Source of the DNA: the human T2T-CHM13v2.0 reference genome, Homo sapiens
DNA: 64,000 nt
Reading direction: 5' to 3' (one strand)
Assembly (NCBI RefSeq): GCF_009914755.1
Contig: NC_060935.1
The notes beneath the pieces were generated by a model that saw nothing but the letters and a program-made list of their open reading frames with translations, was not told the DNA's origin and did no database searches. Numbering within the stretch: the first letter of the stretch is position 1; each line of letters opens with the position of its first letter. Below, piece after piece: positions 1-13,149 of this stretch. A program made the translations under genes and the position numbers.

Positions 1-386
<386 letters not shown>

Positions 387-2761
387 AGTTAACTATTACT
401 AATATATCTTCTGTTCTGTGAAAGAGGTAAGACTGAACAACTTATTTAACTTCTCTGAGGTGATCTTTAAAATGGGTTTAAAACACCTACACAGGATTGT
501 TTGCTCATTCCTTCATTCAGCAGTCATTCATACCAATCAATGTCAACTGTGTTGTATACACAAAGACATTCATATATGATACAATCTTTGCCCTTGATTA
601 GCAGACAGACAGTGAGATGAGATGTCTCAAGAATTTGATACGGGACCTGGAACAGAGCCAGTGCTTGAGAAATCTTAGTTGCCTTCCCCTTATTCATGGA
701 ATGGGTAAGGCACAGCTCTGAGAACAACCATCCTCATATCCTAGGTTTCTTCACTTCACCCAAAGAGACCATTTATCCTTCAGTAGAAATAATCCCAGAA
801 CACTTCCTCCAGATTCAAAGAAAACACCATGCCAAGGGATTTGGCAGATAAAGGAGGAGATAAAGGCTTTCCACATTTCTATGAATGAATGCAATGCTTT
901 GTCTTTAAGGAAAATACAGCAAGAGGCCTCAATGTTTCCTCTTAAGCCCCAGTTTGCATGGCAACCAGACATTCCACACACTTTGATCATAAAACGGAAG
1001 CATCAACTCAAATGTGAAAAGACACTTAGCAACTTAAAATCTATTATAGTTTCATAAATTGGAGTCTTTGAATATTCCCAACTATTAACATTTTTCAGAG
1101 ATTTAAGTCTTAAATAAACTTAAAGCAATTCAAGAGCTTCACATAATGGTACATCTCACTGGTCTATAATAAAGGTATCTGAAGAATCACAAAATTTACT
1201 TTTCTAGAAATGGCAACTGCTTAATGATTGTATTGCAAGGCAATTTACCCACAGCCTCCTGGAAAATTGATTTTCCTCTCTCTGTCTTTTCATTTGTAAG
1301 CACAAGGGCATAAAGAGCCAAATATTTGCCACCTTGAAACTATATACTTTCCATTATTTTCTGTCTATAAAAACTATAAAATACATTGCGGACCTTCCAG
1401 CTCTTCTGCGAGATTTCTCAGATATTTTCAATGTAAGACAAAGACTAAAACAAATCCAAAAAGATGCATATTTGTTTTCTCTAGGCTATGAAGTATAACC
1501 CAACTGATTCCGTTCTTCAAACTTGAAATTGTGTACTTGACTAAGAAAAAAACAAAAAACAATTCACCAACTGCATTTGCCAAGCCTCATGGTTTATAGA
1601 GCTGTGGGGAGTCAGGAAGATGAGCCCAGCAAGACACAGGACATCTAGTGATAAGAGAGGTGAATAAAGAGAAGAAAAACAATCATTTTCTACAAAGTAG
1701 AAATTGAAACGCCTGCAAATCACATATGTACATGACAATCTAAATATGACCATACACAGAAACTCAGATTTCCAAGAATTTTTCCTGGTATGCTTCTTGG
1801 CAAAAATGAATCATAGGAGAAATCTTTTTTTTTTTTAACCAAAAAACAATCCCTTGTTCATTTAACAAATACCTACTGAGTGCCTATCATGTACCCAGAA
1901 CTGTGGTTATAGGTGTAAGACTGACAGACACAGTCTCTACTGGTCTAGGAGCTTACAGCCGCCCAGTGGGGAACACATGAGTCAGCAGGCATCTCTGGAA
2001 TAGTGTGGCAAGTGACATGATGGAGGTAACCCAAAAGCTATGAGAGAGAGTACCTGGAAGGACACCTAACCCAGATTTGGGCTTCCTTGGATATAGATAT
2101 CTTCAAATTGAGGTCTAGAAAATAACAAGTTAGCTAAAGGAAGATACTACATGTTTTGAGGATGACGGGGGAGGTCCCATGTGAAATGGAACAGCATGTA
2201 CAAAAGCCTGGAGCAACAGTGATCATAGAGAGTTCAAAGTATTGAAGATAGTTCCGTTTAGCTGGACTTTCCCACACTAGGAAGGATAGGATTGTGGATA
2301 CAATTCTAATGCTGCCACCAACACTGGCTTACATCCTTGGAAAGTGAAGGGGAGAGATGGGGGGAGGACACAGCCACACTGAGAGTCATGCTTTGGGCAG
2401 CCTTGCCTGCAGGGGGCCACTGAACCATACGTATTATACCCATGTAAAATTGTCCCAGTCTAAAAGAACATATGTAGGGGTGTTTCAAGGTCCTTTGAGA
2501 GGAGCTACTGATAAGTTTGCACCTATTCAAATACTTATCTTTTTAAGCATACTAGGTTGGCAGGAGGGGCATCCACTGAAAATTGGACTGTGAGGAAAGA
2601 GCATGGCCTGTGGAGTCAGAAACACTGAGTTCTACCCCAGGTTCAGGCCCTGTGGGTTGTCACACCTGACACATCCCATTCACTCACTCACTCATTCATG
2701 TGTTCAAATATTGAGAGGCCCTTCTATGTACCATAAACTGGCAGGAGCAGGTGACAGAAGG

Positions 2762-3134
2762 TGATATGGTTCGGCTGTGTCCCCACCCAAAATCTCATCT
2801 TGAATTATAATCCCCATAATCCCTATGTGTCAAAGGCAGGGCCAGGTGGAGGTAATTAGATCATGGGAGTGGTTTCACCCATGCTGTTCTCATGGTAGTG
2901 AGTCTCACAAGACCTGATGGTTTTATACGCGTCTGGCATTTCCCTTGCTTGCACTCACTTGGTCCTGAAACCCTATGAAGAAGATGCCTGCTTCTCCTTT
3001 GCTTTCCACCATGATTGTAAGTTTCCTGAGGCTTCCCCAGCCATGCGGAATTGTGAGTCAATTAAACCTCTTTCCTTTATAAATTACCCAGTCTCAGGTA
3101 TTTCTTCATAGCAGTGTGAGAACAGACTAATACA
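2762..3134 (+). mobile_element. THE1 (MaLR) solo LTR
   Basis: TGATATGGTT..GCTGTGTCCCCACCC start, ATTAAA poly(A) signal, ...CTAATACA end; 5-bp TSD GAAGG. Confidence 0.92.
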
Positions 3135-3139
3135 GAAGG

Positions 3140-4130
3140 ATAAAGCAAAGTCCTCACTCTTAAGGAACTCAAGAGTCTAAGGAGGGAGGGGCAAGCAAAT
3201 ATGCAGAAGATTGCATCACCCTGTATTAAATACGATGCTGAAAAGAAGCATTGAATGCCATGAGAGTCCACAGAGGAAGGGGCAAAAGCAGGCTGTCTTG
3301 TGATGAAGGTGCCTGAGCAGAGCCCGAGATGATGAGCAGCCTGGCGGAGAAGCAGGGAAAGGTCATCCCCAGCAGATGGAGCTGCAGATGAAAAGGAACA
3401 GAGCAGTGGTGGCTCATTCAGAGAGCAGGGAGTAGCTCAGTGTGGCTGGCCTGAAGGGTGAGGATGGGATGGGGGGTGAGAAGTTTCTGTTGTAACCCAT
3501 GTCAGATGATGAAGAGCCTCGAATGACCATGTTAAAGTATTTGCATGAGGTGGCAGAGGAAGAGGGGTCCAGGATAGCTCCAGGCAGGGTGACTGGAGGG
3601 AAGGGGTGCCATTAGCCAGCATAGAAAAGCAGATTGAATGAGGAGCTAAAACAGGTAAGTGTAAGGTGCCTGTGAGAAATTCAAGTGCAATACCATTGGA
3701 AGTATGTAGATATGTAATTCTACAGGTCGGGACTGTATAGAGATTTAAGAGTACCCACATATAGATGATCACTAAAGCCATGTTGGGGGTGAGATTGCCC
3801 AGAGAGAGAGTGTGTACCGTAAGAAGAGAAGAGGTCCAACCAAGAACAGAGCCCCAGAAAGCACTTAAAGGGCAGAAGGCGGAAATGGAACCTATCAAAG
3901 GGACCAACAAGGAACTAGTTGAGACGCAGGAGGAAAGTCCTGAGAATCAAGAAGACATGACTTTCAAGAAGGCCAGGGGGATTGAGTACTTTGGTCAAAG
4001 GCAGCTGAAGGGTCAGGTAGGATACAGATGGACCTTACCCACTGGATTGGATAATTTAGAAGTTGCTGCTGAATATGGCCAGAGTGGATTCCAGGGAACG
4101 GTGGTGGAGCCAGGCAGCAGGGAGGGATAA
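3140..4130 (-). mobile_element. Degenerate L2 fragments (similar pieces at about 1850-2270)
   Basis: Typical L2 motifs (ATTTAACAAATACCTACTGAGTGCC, GGAGCTTACAG, GTTGGGGGTGAGATTGCCCAGAGAGAG); highly diverged. Confidence 0.55.
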
Positions 4131-4237
4131 TGAGCATAAGGAGACACAGAGGAGCCACCATGAACATACACAGGTTTTATACAAAACATGGCTAGGAAGA
4201 AAAGACAGTTTGGTAGCTGACGTGGAACTTAGGGTCA

Positions 4238-4646
<409 letters not shown>

Positions 4647-5009
4647 TTAATAATGCTCTCTGATATACCCAGCAGCAGCCTGGTTTGAATGTGACAATGT
4701 GACATAAGTGTAATGGTGAGCAAGGGAGCCATCAGCCCGAGAAGGAAAATATGGAGAGTAAAGACATTTGTTCTTTCTCCCCTGTCTGTAATTTTCAGTT
4801 AATTCCTTGTCCATAGAACACTGGTGTTTTGCTCTCTGTTCTCCCCTTCCTTGGACTCTCTTCAACAGTTGATGAGCTTCACATTCATTTCCCTTGTGGT
4901 GATTAGACCTAAAAAGTGGCCTTCTTCAAGTGGCAATGAGAGGCCCCAGCATTAACGCTCTGAAATATCACGGAAATTATCAGAAAATGAAGAGGCTCTG
5001 GTTGGAAAA

Positions 5010-5325
5010 TCTGGGAGTGAGGAAGAAAACTGAGAGAGGAAAGGCAGGGAGGGGAGGGGTGGGAGAAAAGGCTGAGAGGAGAGGTCACTATAAACTAAAA
5101 GGAGGAAGAATAGAGGAGGGAAGGAAAAGAAAGAGGGGATAGGAAGGAAGAGAGGAGAAGGGAGGGAGGGAGAGGAGAGAGAGAAGGGAAGAGATGGGAA
5201 GAAGGATGGGGAGAGGGAGAAAGGAGAGGTCACCTTAAGTTGGAGAGAAAAGGATAGGTGAGCACATGATAAAGGAGAAGAGAGAGAGGAAAGGAAGGAA
5301 GGCAGGAGAAAGGGAGAGATGGGAT
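5010..5325. repeat. GA-rich polypurine low-complexity tract
   Basis: About 300 bp almost entirely G/A (GGAGAGGAAGG...). Confidence 0.85.
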
Positions 5326-5535
5326 AGGTCAGGTTAAACTAGGGAGGTGTCTGAATTAGTATTCCAGGAAGAGATGCTGGGTGGATTGAAAATGTATCAA
5401 GAACAATTGCATATTGTAAAACTGCATACAAACCTCAGTTACGAGCTATTACACTCAGCAGCAGGAAAGAAGAGAGGCAGAAAAGAGAGATGGGATACGT
5501 CAGGTTAAACTAGAGAAGGGTCTGAGTTAAAACTA

Positions 5536-5885
<350 letters not shown>

Positions 5886-6429
5886 TTATTCTACTCGGGT
5901 ATTTCTCCTCATTGCAGACAACAAATTGCAGAGTATGCACTCTGGGCCAGGGACTGTGTTTGACCCTGTGACTATTACTGTCTTTCTGGAGCTGCTTACA
6001 GAAGAGGCAATGTCGAGCCTGTCTGCAGGCATTCATTTCCAAGGGCAGGAGGTATGTGCAATGACTGCAGCAGCATAAGCTCCAAGAGACATCTCACCAG
6101 CCCATGACGGCCATACAAGCTTCCCTGACAGGAAGCCTTCAGTTCTGAGAGCTGAGGGGTATGTATCCCTAGACACAGAGGCTGGGCTATGACAGAACAG
6201 CCCTGGAAGTGGGGCCCCTGCAAGCGGCAGGACAATGACAGGCCGTCAGGCCTCAGGAGTGCCCAGAGCATCAATGAGAGCAAGTACAACAGATTAAGAT
6301 CTAAAAGTAAATAAAAACCACATTTAAAAGGGCTGGTGTGCCATGTTAAGGACCTGGGACTTACCTTAAGGTCTAGAAAGGTTTTAAACATGGGAGCATC
6401 ATAATTGTCTTTACATTTTTAAAAGATCA

Positions 6430-7190
6430 TTCTGAAAAACAAAGACTGCAAACAAATGTTGAACCCTAGTTAATGATATGCATGTTTGAATTACTTAGGA
6501 AGACATCAGTTTACTGATATCTGCAATTTACTTTGAAATACATAAAAAATAATAAGACTGATACCTGAATAGAGAGAAGGATGGTTGGCTAAATATATAA
6601 TAAAGAAAATATAATAAAATGGTAATGGTGAAATCTAAGTGGTGGGCATATGAGAGAGAGTTCACTATAAAATTATCTCAACTTTATGTTTGAAAACTTT
6701 CATAATTAAAATACTGATAAAAGAAACGAAATAATTATATGAAAAATATACCTGCATTCTTATGTTTATTACAGCACTATTCACAATAGTAAAGATTTGG
6801 AATCAACCTAAGTGTTCATTAACAGATGAATGGATAAAGTAAATGTGGTAAAATATATACAATGATACACTATTCATCCATATAAAAGAATGAAATCGTA
6901 TCTTTTGCAGTAACATGGATGGAACTGAAGCCACTATCTTAAGTAAAACAACTCAAACAAAAAGTCAAATACTGCATTTTCTCACTTAAAAGTGGAAGCT
7001 AAATAATGTGTACACATGGATATAGAGCATGGAATAATAGATGTTGGAGACTCAGAAGGGCGGGAGGGGGTGAGGTATAAGAAATTACATAATGAGTACA
7101 ATGTACAAAGCACAGACTTCACCACTGTGCAATATATCCATGTAACCAAACTGCACTTATACCCTTAAATTTATACAAATTTAAAAAAAT
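6430..7190 (+). mobile_element. Old L1 3' fragments (L1M/L1MA-like)
   Basis: ORF2 C-terminal and 3'UTR motifs (GCACTATTCACAATAG, TGGAATCAACCTAAGTG, AACATGGATGGAACTG, ATATCCATGTAAC). Confidence 0.75.
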
Positions 7191-10100
7191 TCTGAGAAAT
7201 TAGATCATTATGGCTGCTACTTGATTAAAGCTCTGGAAAAGGGTGGGAGAGCTAGTTAGGAGGTTGTTGCAGTAACTGAGGCAAGAGCCAATCATGGTCC
7301 AGACAGTAAGTAAGGGATGTGAATTCAAGAGATATTTAGAAAGTTAAATCAACAGCTTCGGCGATTGGATAGACATAGAGTGAAGAATAAATTAATATCC
7401 CTATTTACCTCCCTAGACAGAAACCAATTAAGAGTTTACATGAGGATGGTCAATCAGGTTTGGGGTGAGAAGAATTCATGAGACCCAGTAAGAACTCTGA
7501 ATCACTGAAGTCCCCTTCGGCTGGCCTCTGACATCAGATTCTCACCAGGAGACTCCTGGCTCTAGCTCTTCACTTTCGTAGTCTGTTCTCAAATTCAGTG
7601 GGGGAGTGACCTCAGGATGGGAGAGGGGAAGGAAGTCATCACTGCCCAGCATCTCCAGTGGCCCCAAACCAGAGCCAAGGCTGGGTTGCTTCACCTACTG
7701 CCCTGCCCTCCTTGTCCTCCCTCAGAGCCCGCTGAAGGCTGCTGTACCTCTTCTTTTGGAAACGCAAGTGTTGGTTTTGTTGTGTGTGTGTGTGTTTTAG
7801 AATAAAAATTGTCTTGAATCAGCCACTTCAAATTGCTTCATCTACAGTCAGCTTTGATTTATCTGCTTTCAGTCAGAAAACAGATTGCTATGGAAGGCTC
7901 AGTCACAATAAGGCAAAAATGAGCTTTGCTCAAGGGTCTCAAGCTGCATCTCCCGAGAGCAGATGCTGGCCGGCCTGATGGTTCTCTGAAAGGCAGCCTC
8001 ACTCACTGGGTAATTCCTTCCTCCCTCCCTCCCTCCCTCCCTCCACCTGCATATGCGCTGGCTGCAATTTTAGCTCATTTCCTACAGCTTTGTCCTGGAG
8101 ACTGTTATCAAGCAAGCCGCCCTTCGTCCTTCTTCACACCCTATGAAGGACAGTTGTCAGAGGACCTATTTCCATTTCAATAATTACTCTTGTGATTCAT
8201 GTCTGGATTCTCGGCTCTGGCACCTCCACAGCCATTTTAAACTGAACCTTAAACCCCAAATCTCTTACCTTATCAATGCTTGGAGCTTCCTGAATATTCA
8301 TGAGGAACTGAACAGAACATGAGAGCCTGCTTCTCCCTCTGTCAGGCTATAGAGATGCTATTACCATTTGGTATCTGACCCTAAGGAGGAGACTCCAGGC
8401 TCTGCTTAACGTGGGGACATGGGAGACTGGGTTGATAACTGTCACTGTTCTAGAATAAAGCCAACACACGCCTCCCAATACATGCACAACCTCATTATGG
8501 CATTTAACGTTAAAAAAAAAAAAAAAAAGCAGACCTCACTTGAGACCCAGGCACCCAGGCAGTATCTACTCTTTTAGTCCCGGAGGTTTCTCCCTCACCT
8601 GGTCCTTAAGCATTAGATAGGGACTCGAGAATACCTGAAATTATATCCCAGCTCTGCTACTCACCGCTGAGCCTCAGTTCCCCACAGCTAAAACAAGGAG
8701 GGTGTTCATATTGGAGGTCTTTTTGAGACCTCAGATCCTGTAGACAGTACCAGGCCAGTGCCTGGCTCCTTGTTTGTGCTCAGCATTCAGTGGCTGTGAT
8801 TACCCAGGTGTGGAGAATGTCATTTTCCAACATTAGTGTATGCTTTACACATCAATTGTAGCTGAACACCACAGAATGTATTTTATTCCATTAAAAAAAC
8901 GCTTTTAGTGTTTTGTTTTCATTTCCTTTGTATCAATAAAACTTCAGTGATTTCAGCTACTTCTCTTTCAGAGAGAGAAAGAGAGGACATATTATAAAAA
9001 CAAAGAAATATGCTCCTTTTCCAGCATTTTTATCATCTTTGGGACTCTCCCAAGAATCCTATCCAAGTTTCCAGTCTCTCCTTAGCTGAAAAGGATAGTC
9101 TTGCAAATATGATCACTGCTGAGAACACTTGTAGAATATTTCACAGGACAACGATTCCTGTATGCTAAGGGAGGCTGCTTGGCGGGTTATGGAGGGACTT
9201 TCTTTGTTTTGTTTGCTTTGGCTTTGTTTGTATGTTTAAATTCTTGGGTCCCCAAGGCCACACTTCATCTCTGCATCCTGTGTCCTCGGTCTGTGCTCCA
9301 GCAGGGACCATAGTTCCTGTGGGCTGTGCGAGGACACTGTCAGAAAAGCCACCAGGTGACTGAGCTGATGCTTGGCTAACAGTGAAGGGGCAGGTAGAGC
9401 TACGGAACACAACATAGGAGGGGCGTGTGGAGAGAGGATAAAAGAATAAAATTTAAAACCATTAAGACTTCCTCTATCCCAGGCACAATGCCAAGGTTTT
9501 TGTTCATGAACTTTCTCTTTATTTTTCCAATCCCATAATAAAAACTTCCTTTACAGAGAGAGAAACTGACAGAGAATTTGAGTCATTTTCTCCAGGGCAG
9601 CCAGCTAGTAAGTAGCAGAGCTGACAGCCGAACCCGGTAACTTATTGTAGAGCCCCGGATCTTGCCTACGATGGGGTCTGTTTCTCTGAGGAAGCAAACT
9701 TCCTCGGAACCCACAGGCCTGCAGAGCTGGGTGAGACAGATGCTGTTTAATGAGAGCCACGTGGAGTTCTCCTCCTGCACCTGGACCTAGTAGAAATCAG
9801 ACTGGGTAATAAATGGGCGGGACATGGAACTCCCCTCAGCCTCATAGTCTCAGGGGGAGGAGGGAGCAGGAGCACCTGAAGGCTCCTGCCTTGAAAGTGA
9901 GTATGAAGAGAGTGCTGGAAGGGGCAGCATCTTTCCTCCTTTTACCTAACAGATCTGATTCTTTAAAAATATTCAAGGCCATGGCTGAGCTTGAAACTGG
10001 TCGTCTGGAGAGAGAACAGCCTTAGATTTGGACTTGAGGTTGGGCTCTGAAGAGGGGGGCTGGGCTCTTCTTCCCCAGGATGTTTGAGGCTCTTAGACCA

Positions 10101-10635
10101 GGGTAGGCTAGAAGTTTCCAGTTTCACCATGATGGGTCCAGGTCAGGCTCCTGCCAGACCTGGGGGGCTGGGGGAGCCATGGGCTCCTGGGCTATGAAGG
10201 TGAGGGGCCCTGTGTCCTAAGAGGTTGGGTGCTTGAGGCCTGGGGCCCCTCTGCCTTTTGCTTTGTTTTGTCTCTCTTTCCACTACCTCTCATTACCACT
10301 ACTACCCAGAACAGAGTTGGAAATAGGAAGGGCCCTCCTCCTCATTCCTGTGATGGGGATCAGGCTTTGGATGTAGAAGGCTCCTCCTATCTGACTCATG
10401 CCTCGGCATGCCCCTGGCTCTGCAGGGCCAGCAAGGCCTCCAGCACTGTGTCAGGCCTCCAAGGATTATTCTACCTGCCCTGACATTCTGTGATGCTGCC
10501 TCCAAAAGAAGGTCCTAGGAGCAGCCAGAGTGTTGCAATTATTTGAGGGAGATTGAAGCCCATCCCCCTTTCCCAGTGCCTGCTATGATGAAGGGGGTGG
10601 AGTGGGGTGTCATTTCCATCAAGTGTGCAGCATGG

Positions 10636-10650
10636 GTCTCTCTGTAGCAG
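10636..10650 (+). promoter_or_regulatory. Splice acceptor (TAGCAG, NAGNAG type) just upstream of the JUNO ATG, implying an upstream non-coding exon
   Basis: GTCTCTCTGTAGCAG|GCCATG. Confidence 0.6.
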
Positions 10651-10653
10651 GCC

Positions 10654-10791
10654 ATGGCATGCTGGTGGCCGCTCCTGCTAGAGCTGTGGACAGTCATGCC
10701 CACCTGGGCTGGGGACGAGCTGCTCAACATCTGCATGAATGCCAAACACCACAAGAGAGTGCCCAGCCCAGAAGACAAGCTCTATGAGGAG
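10654..10791 (+). CDS. IZUMO1R: IZUMO1R/JUNO coding exon 1 (signal peptide, aa 1-46)
   Basis: GCCATGG Kozak context; translates MACWWPLLLELWTVMPTWAGDELLNICMNAKHHKRVPSPEDKLYEE, the human JUNO N-terminus; ends at GAG|GTACAG donor, phase 0. Confidence 0.97.
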
Positions 10792-11409
10792 GTACAGAGG
10801 CCAGACCTGGGTATGGGATGGGGAAGATCAGGGAAGGGACACAAATGCCAAGATGGTCTCCGAACCTCATCAACCCTGATCATTTGGTTCCTGGGGTTAG
10901 GAGTTAAGCAAAGGCAACTAGATGGAAAGAGACTATGCCTTTTTGAGACCATAAGAGCCAAGCGATTCAAAGTTCCCATTTCTGAGCTGCTCTAGCCACT
11001 GGGAAAGCAGGGACCGCTGGTGATCCCAGAGATCCATTGTTGACTCGGCACAGATGAAAACAAGCCTTCCTGCCAACAGGTCCTGGGGCAACATATGACT
11101 TATGTGACCCCTCCCCAAGCTCCTAAAGGCAATTTCCAGGGATATGGGAGGAAGAACACAGCTGGCATTTGGCCTATGAGACCCTCCCACCCAATGCAAC
11201 CCCAGATTCCCCTGGGTCTCTCTGGGGCTCTTCTACCTGCTTTGCCCTAAAAGGCTTCTGCTGCCTCTCAGGAGCTGAGAGCCCAGAAGTTGTGTTTCTA
11301 GAGGACTGTAGCAGCCTGTGGCAGGGGGTCATTGTGCAGGTGCCTCTGCCCTTTGGGTAAATATTGAGAGATTATCAGGGTTCCTCTTATGTAGGGGCTT
11401 ACTAGCTAA

Positions 11410-12328
<919 letters not shown>

Positions 12329-12440
12329 TGACAAGGCCTTGGTCGGGAAGAGGCCCCTTGGTGGTCCCCACAAGGGTGCAGGTGCAAAGGCTAGCAATGA
12401 GGGAGTAGGAGGTAAGCTGTCCCTCCTCCATCCCCTGCAG

Positions 12441-12709
12441 GGAAGAACCGCTGCCCCAAAGGGGCCCAGTGCCTCCCTTTCTCCCATTACTTCCCCACCC
12501 CAGCTGACCTGTGTGAGAAGACTTGGAGCAATTCCTTCAAAGCCAGCCCTGAGCGACGGAACAGTGGGCGGTGTCTCCAGAAGTGGTTTGAGCCTGCTCA
12601 GGGCAACCCCAATGTGGCCGTGGCCCGCCTCTTCGCCAGCTCTGCCCCATCCTGGGAACTGTCCTACACCATCATGGTCTGCTCCCTGTTCCTGCCGTTC
12701 CTTTCCTGA
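12441..12709 (+). CDS. IZUMO1R: IZUMO1R/JUNO coding exon 4 (C-terminal GPI-anchor signal, TGA stop)
   Basis: CTGCAG| acceptor; (G)KNRCPKGAQCLPFSHYFPTPADLCEKTW...GNPNVAVARLFASSAPSWELSYTIMVCSLFLPFLS*; exon lengths 138+210+136+269=753 nt = 250 aa plus stop. Confidence 0.97.
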
Positions 12710-12779
12710 GAGCCCTTCTTCTCCCACTCACATTCCTGCATGTCCACCAACTGTGGGTCAGGCCAGGCCATGGCCTACC

Positions 12780-12885
12780 TCCTTCCTCAGGCCCTCCCCT
12801 AAAAGCAGTGGCATGGGCTAGGGACTGCAGTCCCACCCAGTCCCTAGCCCATGCCACTGCTTTTAGGGGAGGGCCTGAGGAAGGA
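12780..12885. repeat. Perfect 48-bp inverted repeat, 10-nt spacer, in IZUMO1R 3'UTR
   Basis: 12780-12827 TCCTTCCTCAGG...GGGCTAGGGACTG is the exact reverse complement of 12838-12885 CAGTCCCTAGCCC...CCTGAGGAAGGA. Confidence 0.98.
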
Positions 12886-13143
12886 AGTGCCCCTGAGGCT
12901 TCAGCGGCTGGTGCCTGCAACCTGCACATTTGGTCCGAGACCCCCTCCACTGCTCTGCTCTATCTTAGCTGGCCTAGGAGGCAGCTGGGGGCTGGAAGTG
13001 CCAAGGTGACTGGCCACCTCCTGCCTTGAGGGATGGGAGCTTTCAAGGGGCTCAAGGACTTTCCCATCCAGTGCACGCCTACCCCTTTCTGTGACAGAGC
13101 TGATGGTGGCAGACCTGGCCTCCCATCCTCCGACGGTGTCTTC

Positions 13144-13149
13144 AATAAA
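13144..13149 (+). terminator. Polyadenylation signal AATAAA of IZUMO1R
   Basis: First AATAAA after the stop codon (about 435 nt downstream), followed by a GT/T-rich stretch (CTTCCTGTGTCTTAGCTTTATGTG). Confidence 0.7.

Noticed and set aside
700-1800. Repeat-poor AT-rich stretch as a possible exon or conserved element
   Set aside because: No ORF, splice pattern or motif that I can support without conservation data
3437-4130. 157-aa and 121-aa ORFs
   Set aside because: Lie within degenerate L2 sequence; no splice or codon support
12672-13029. Opposite-strand ORFs sharing the peptide AWARD...QSLAHATAFRGGPEEG
   Set aside because: A by-product of the 48-bp inverted repeat, not duplicated genes
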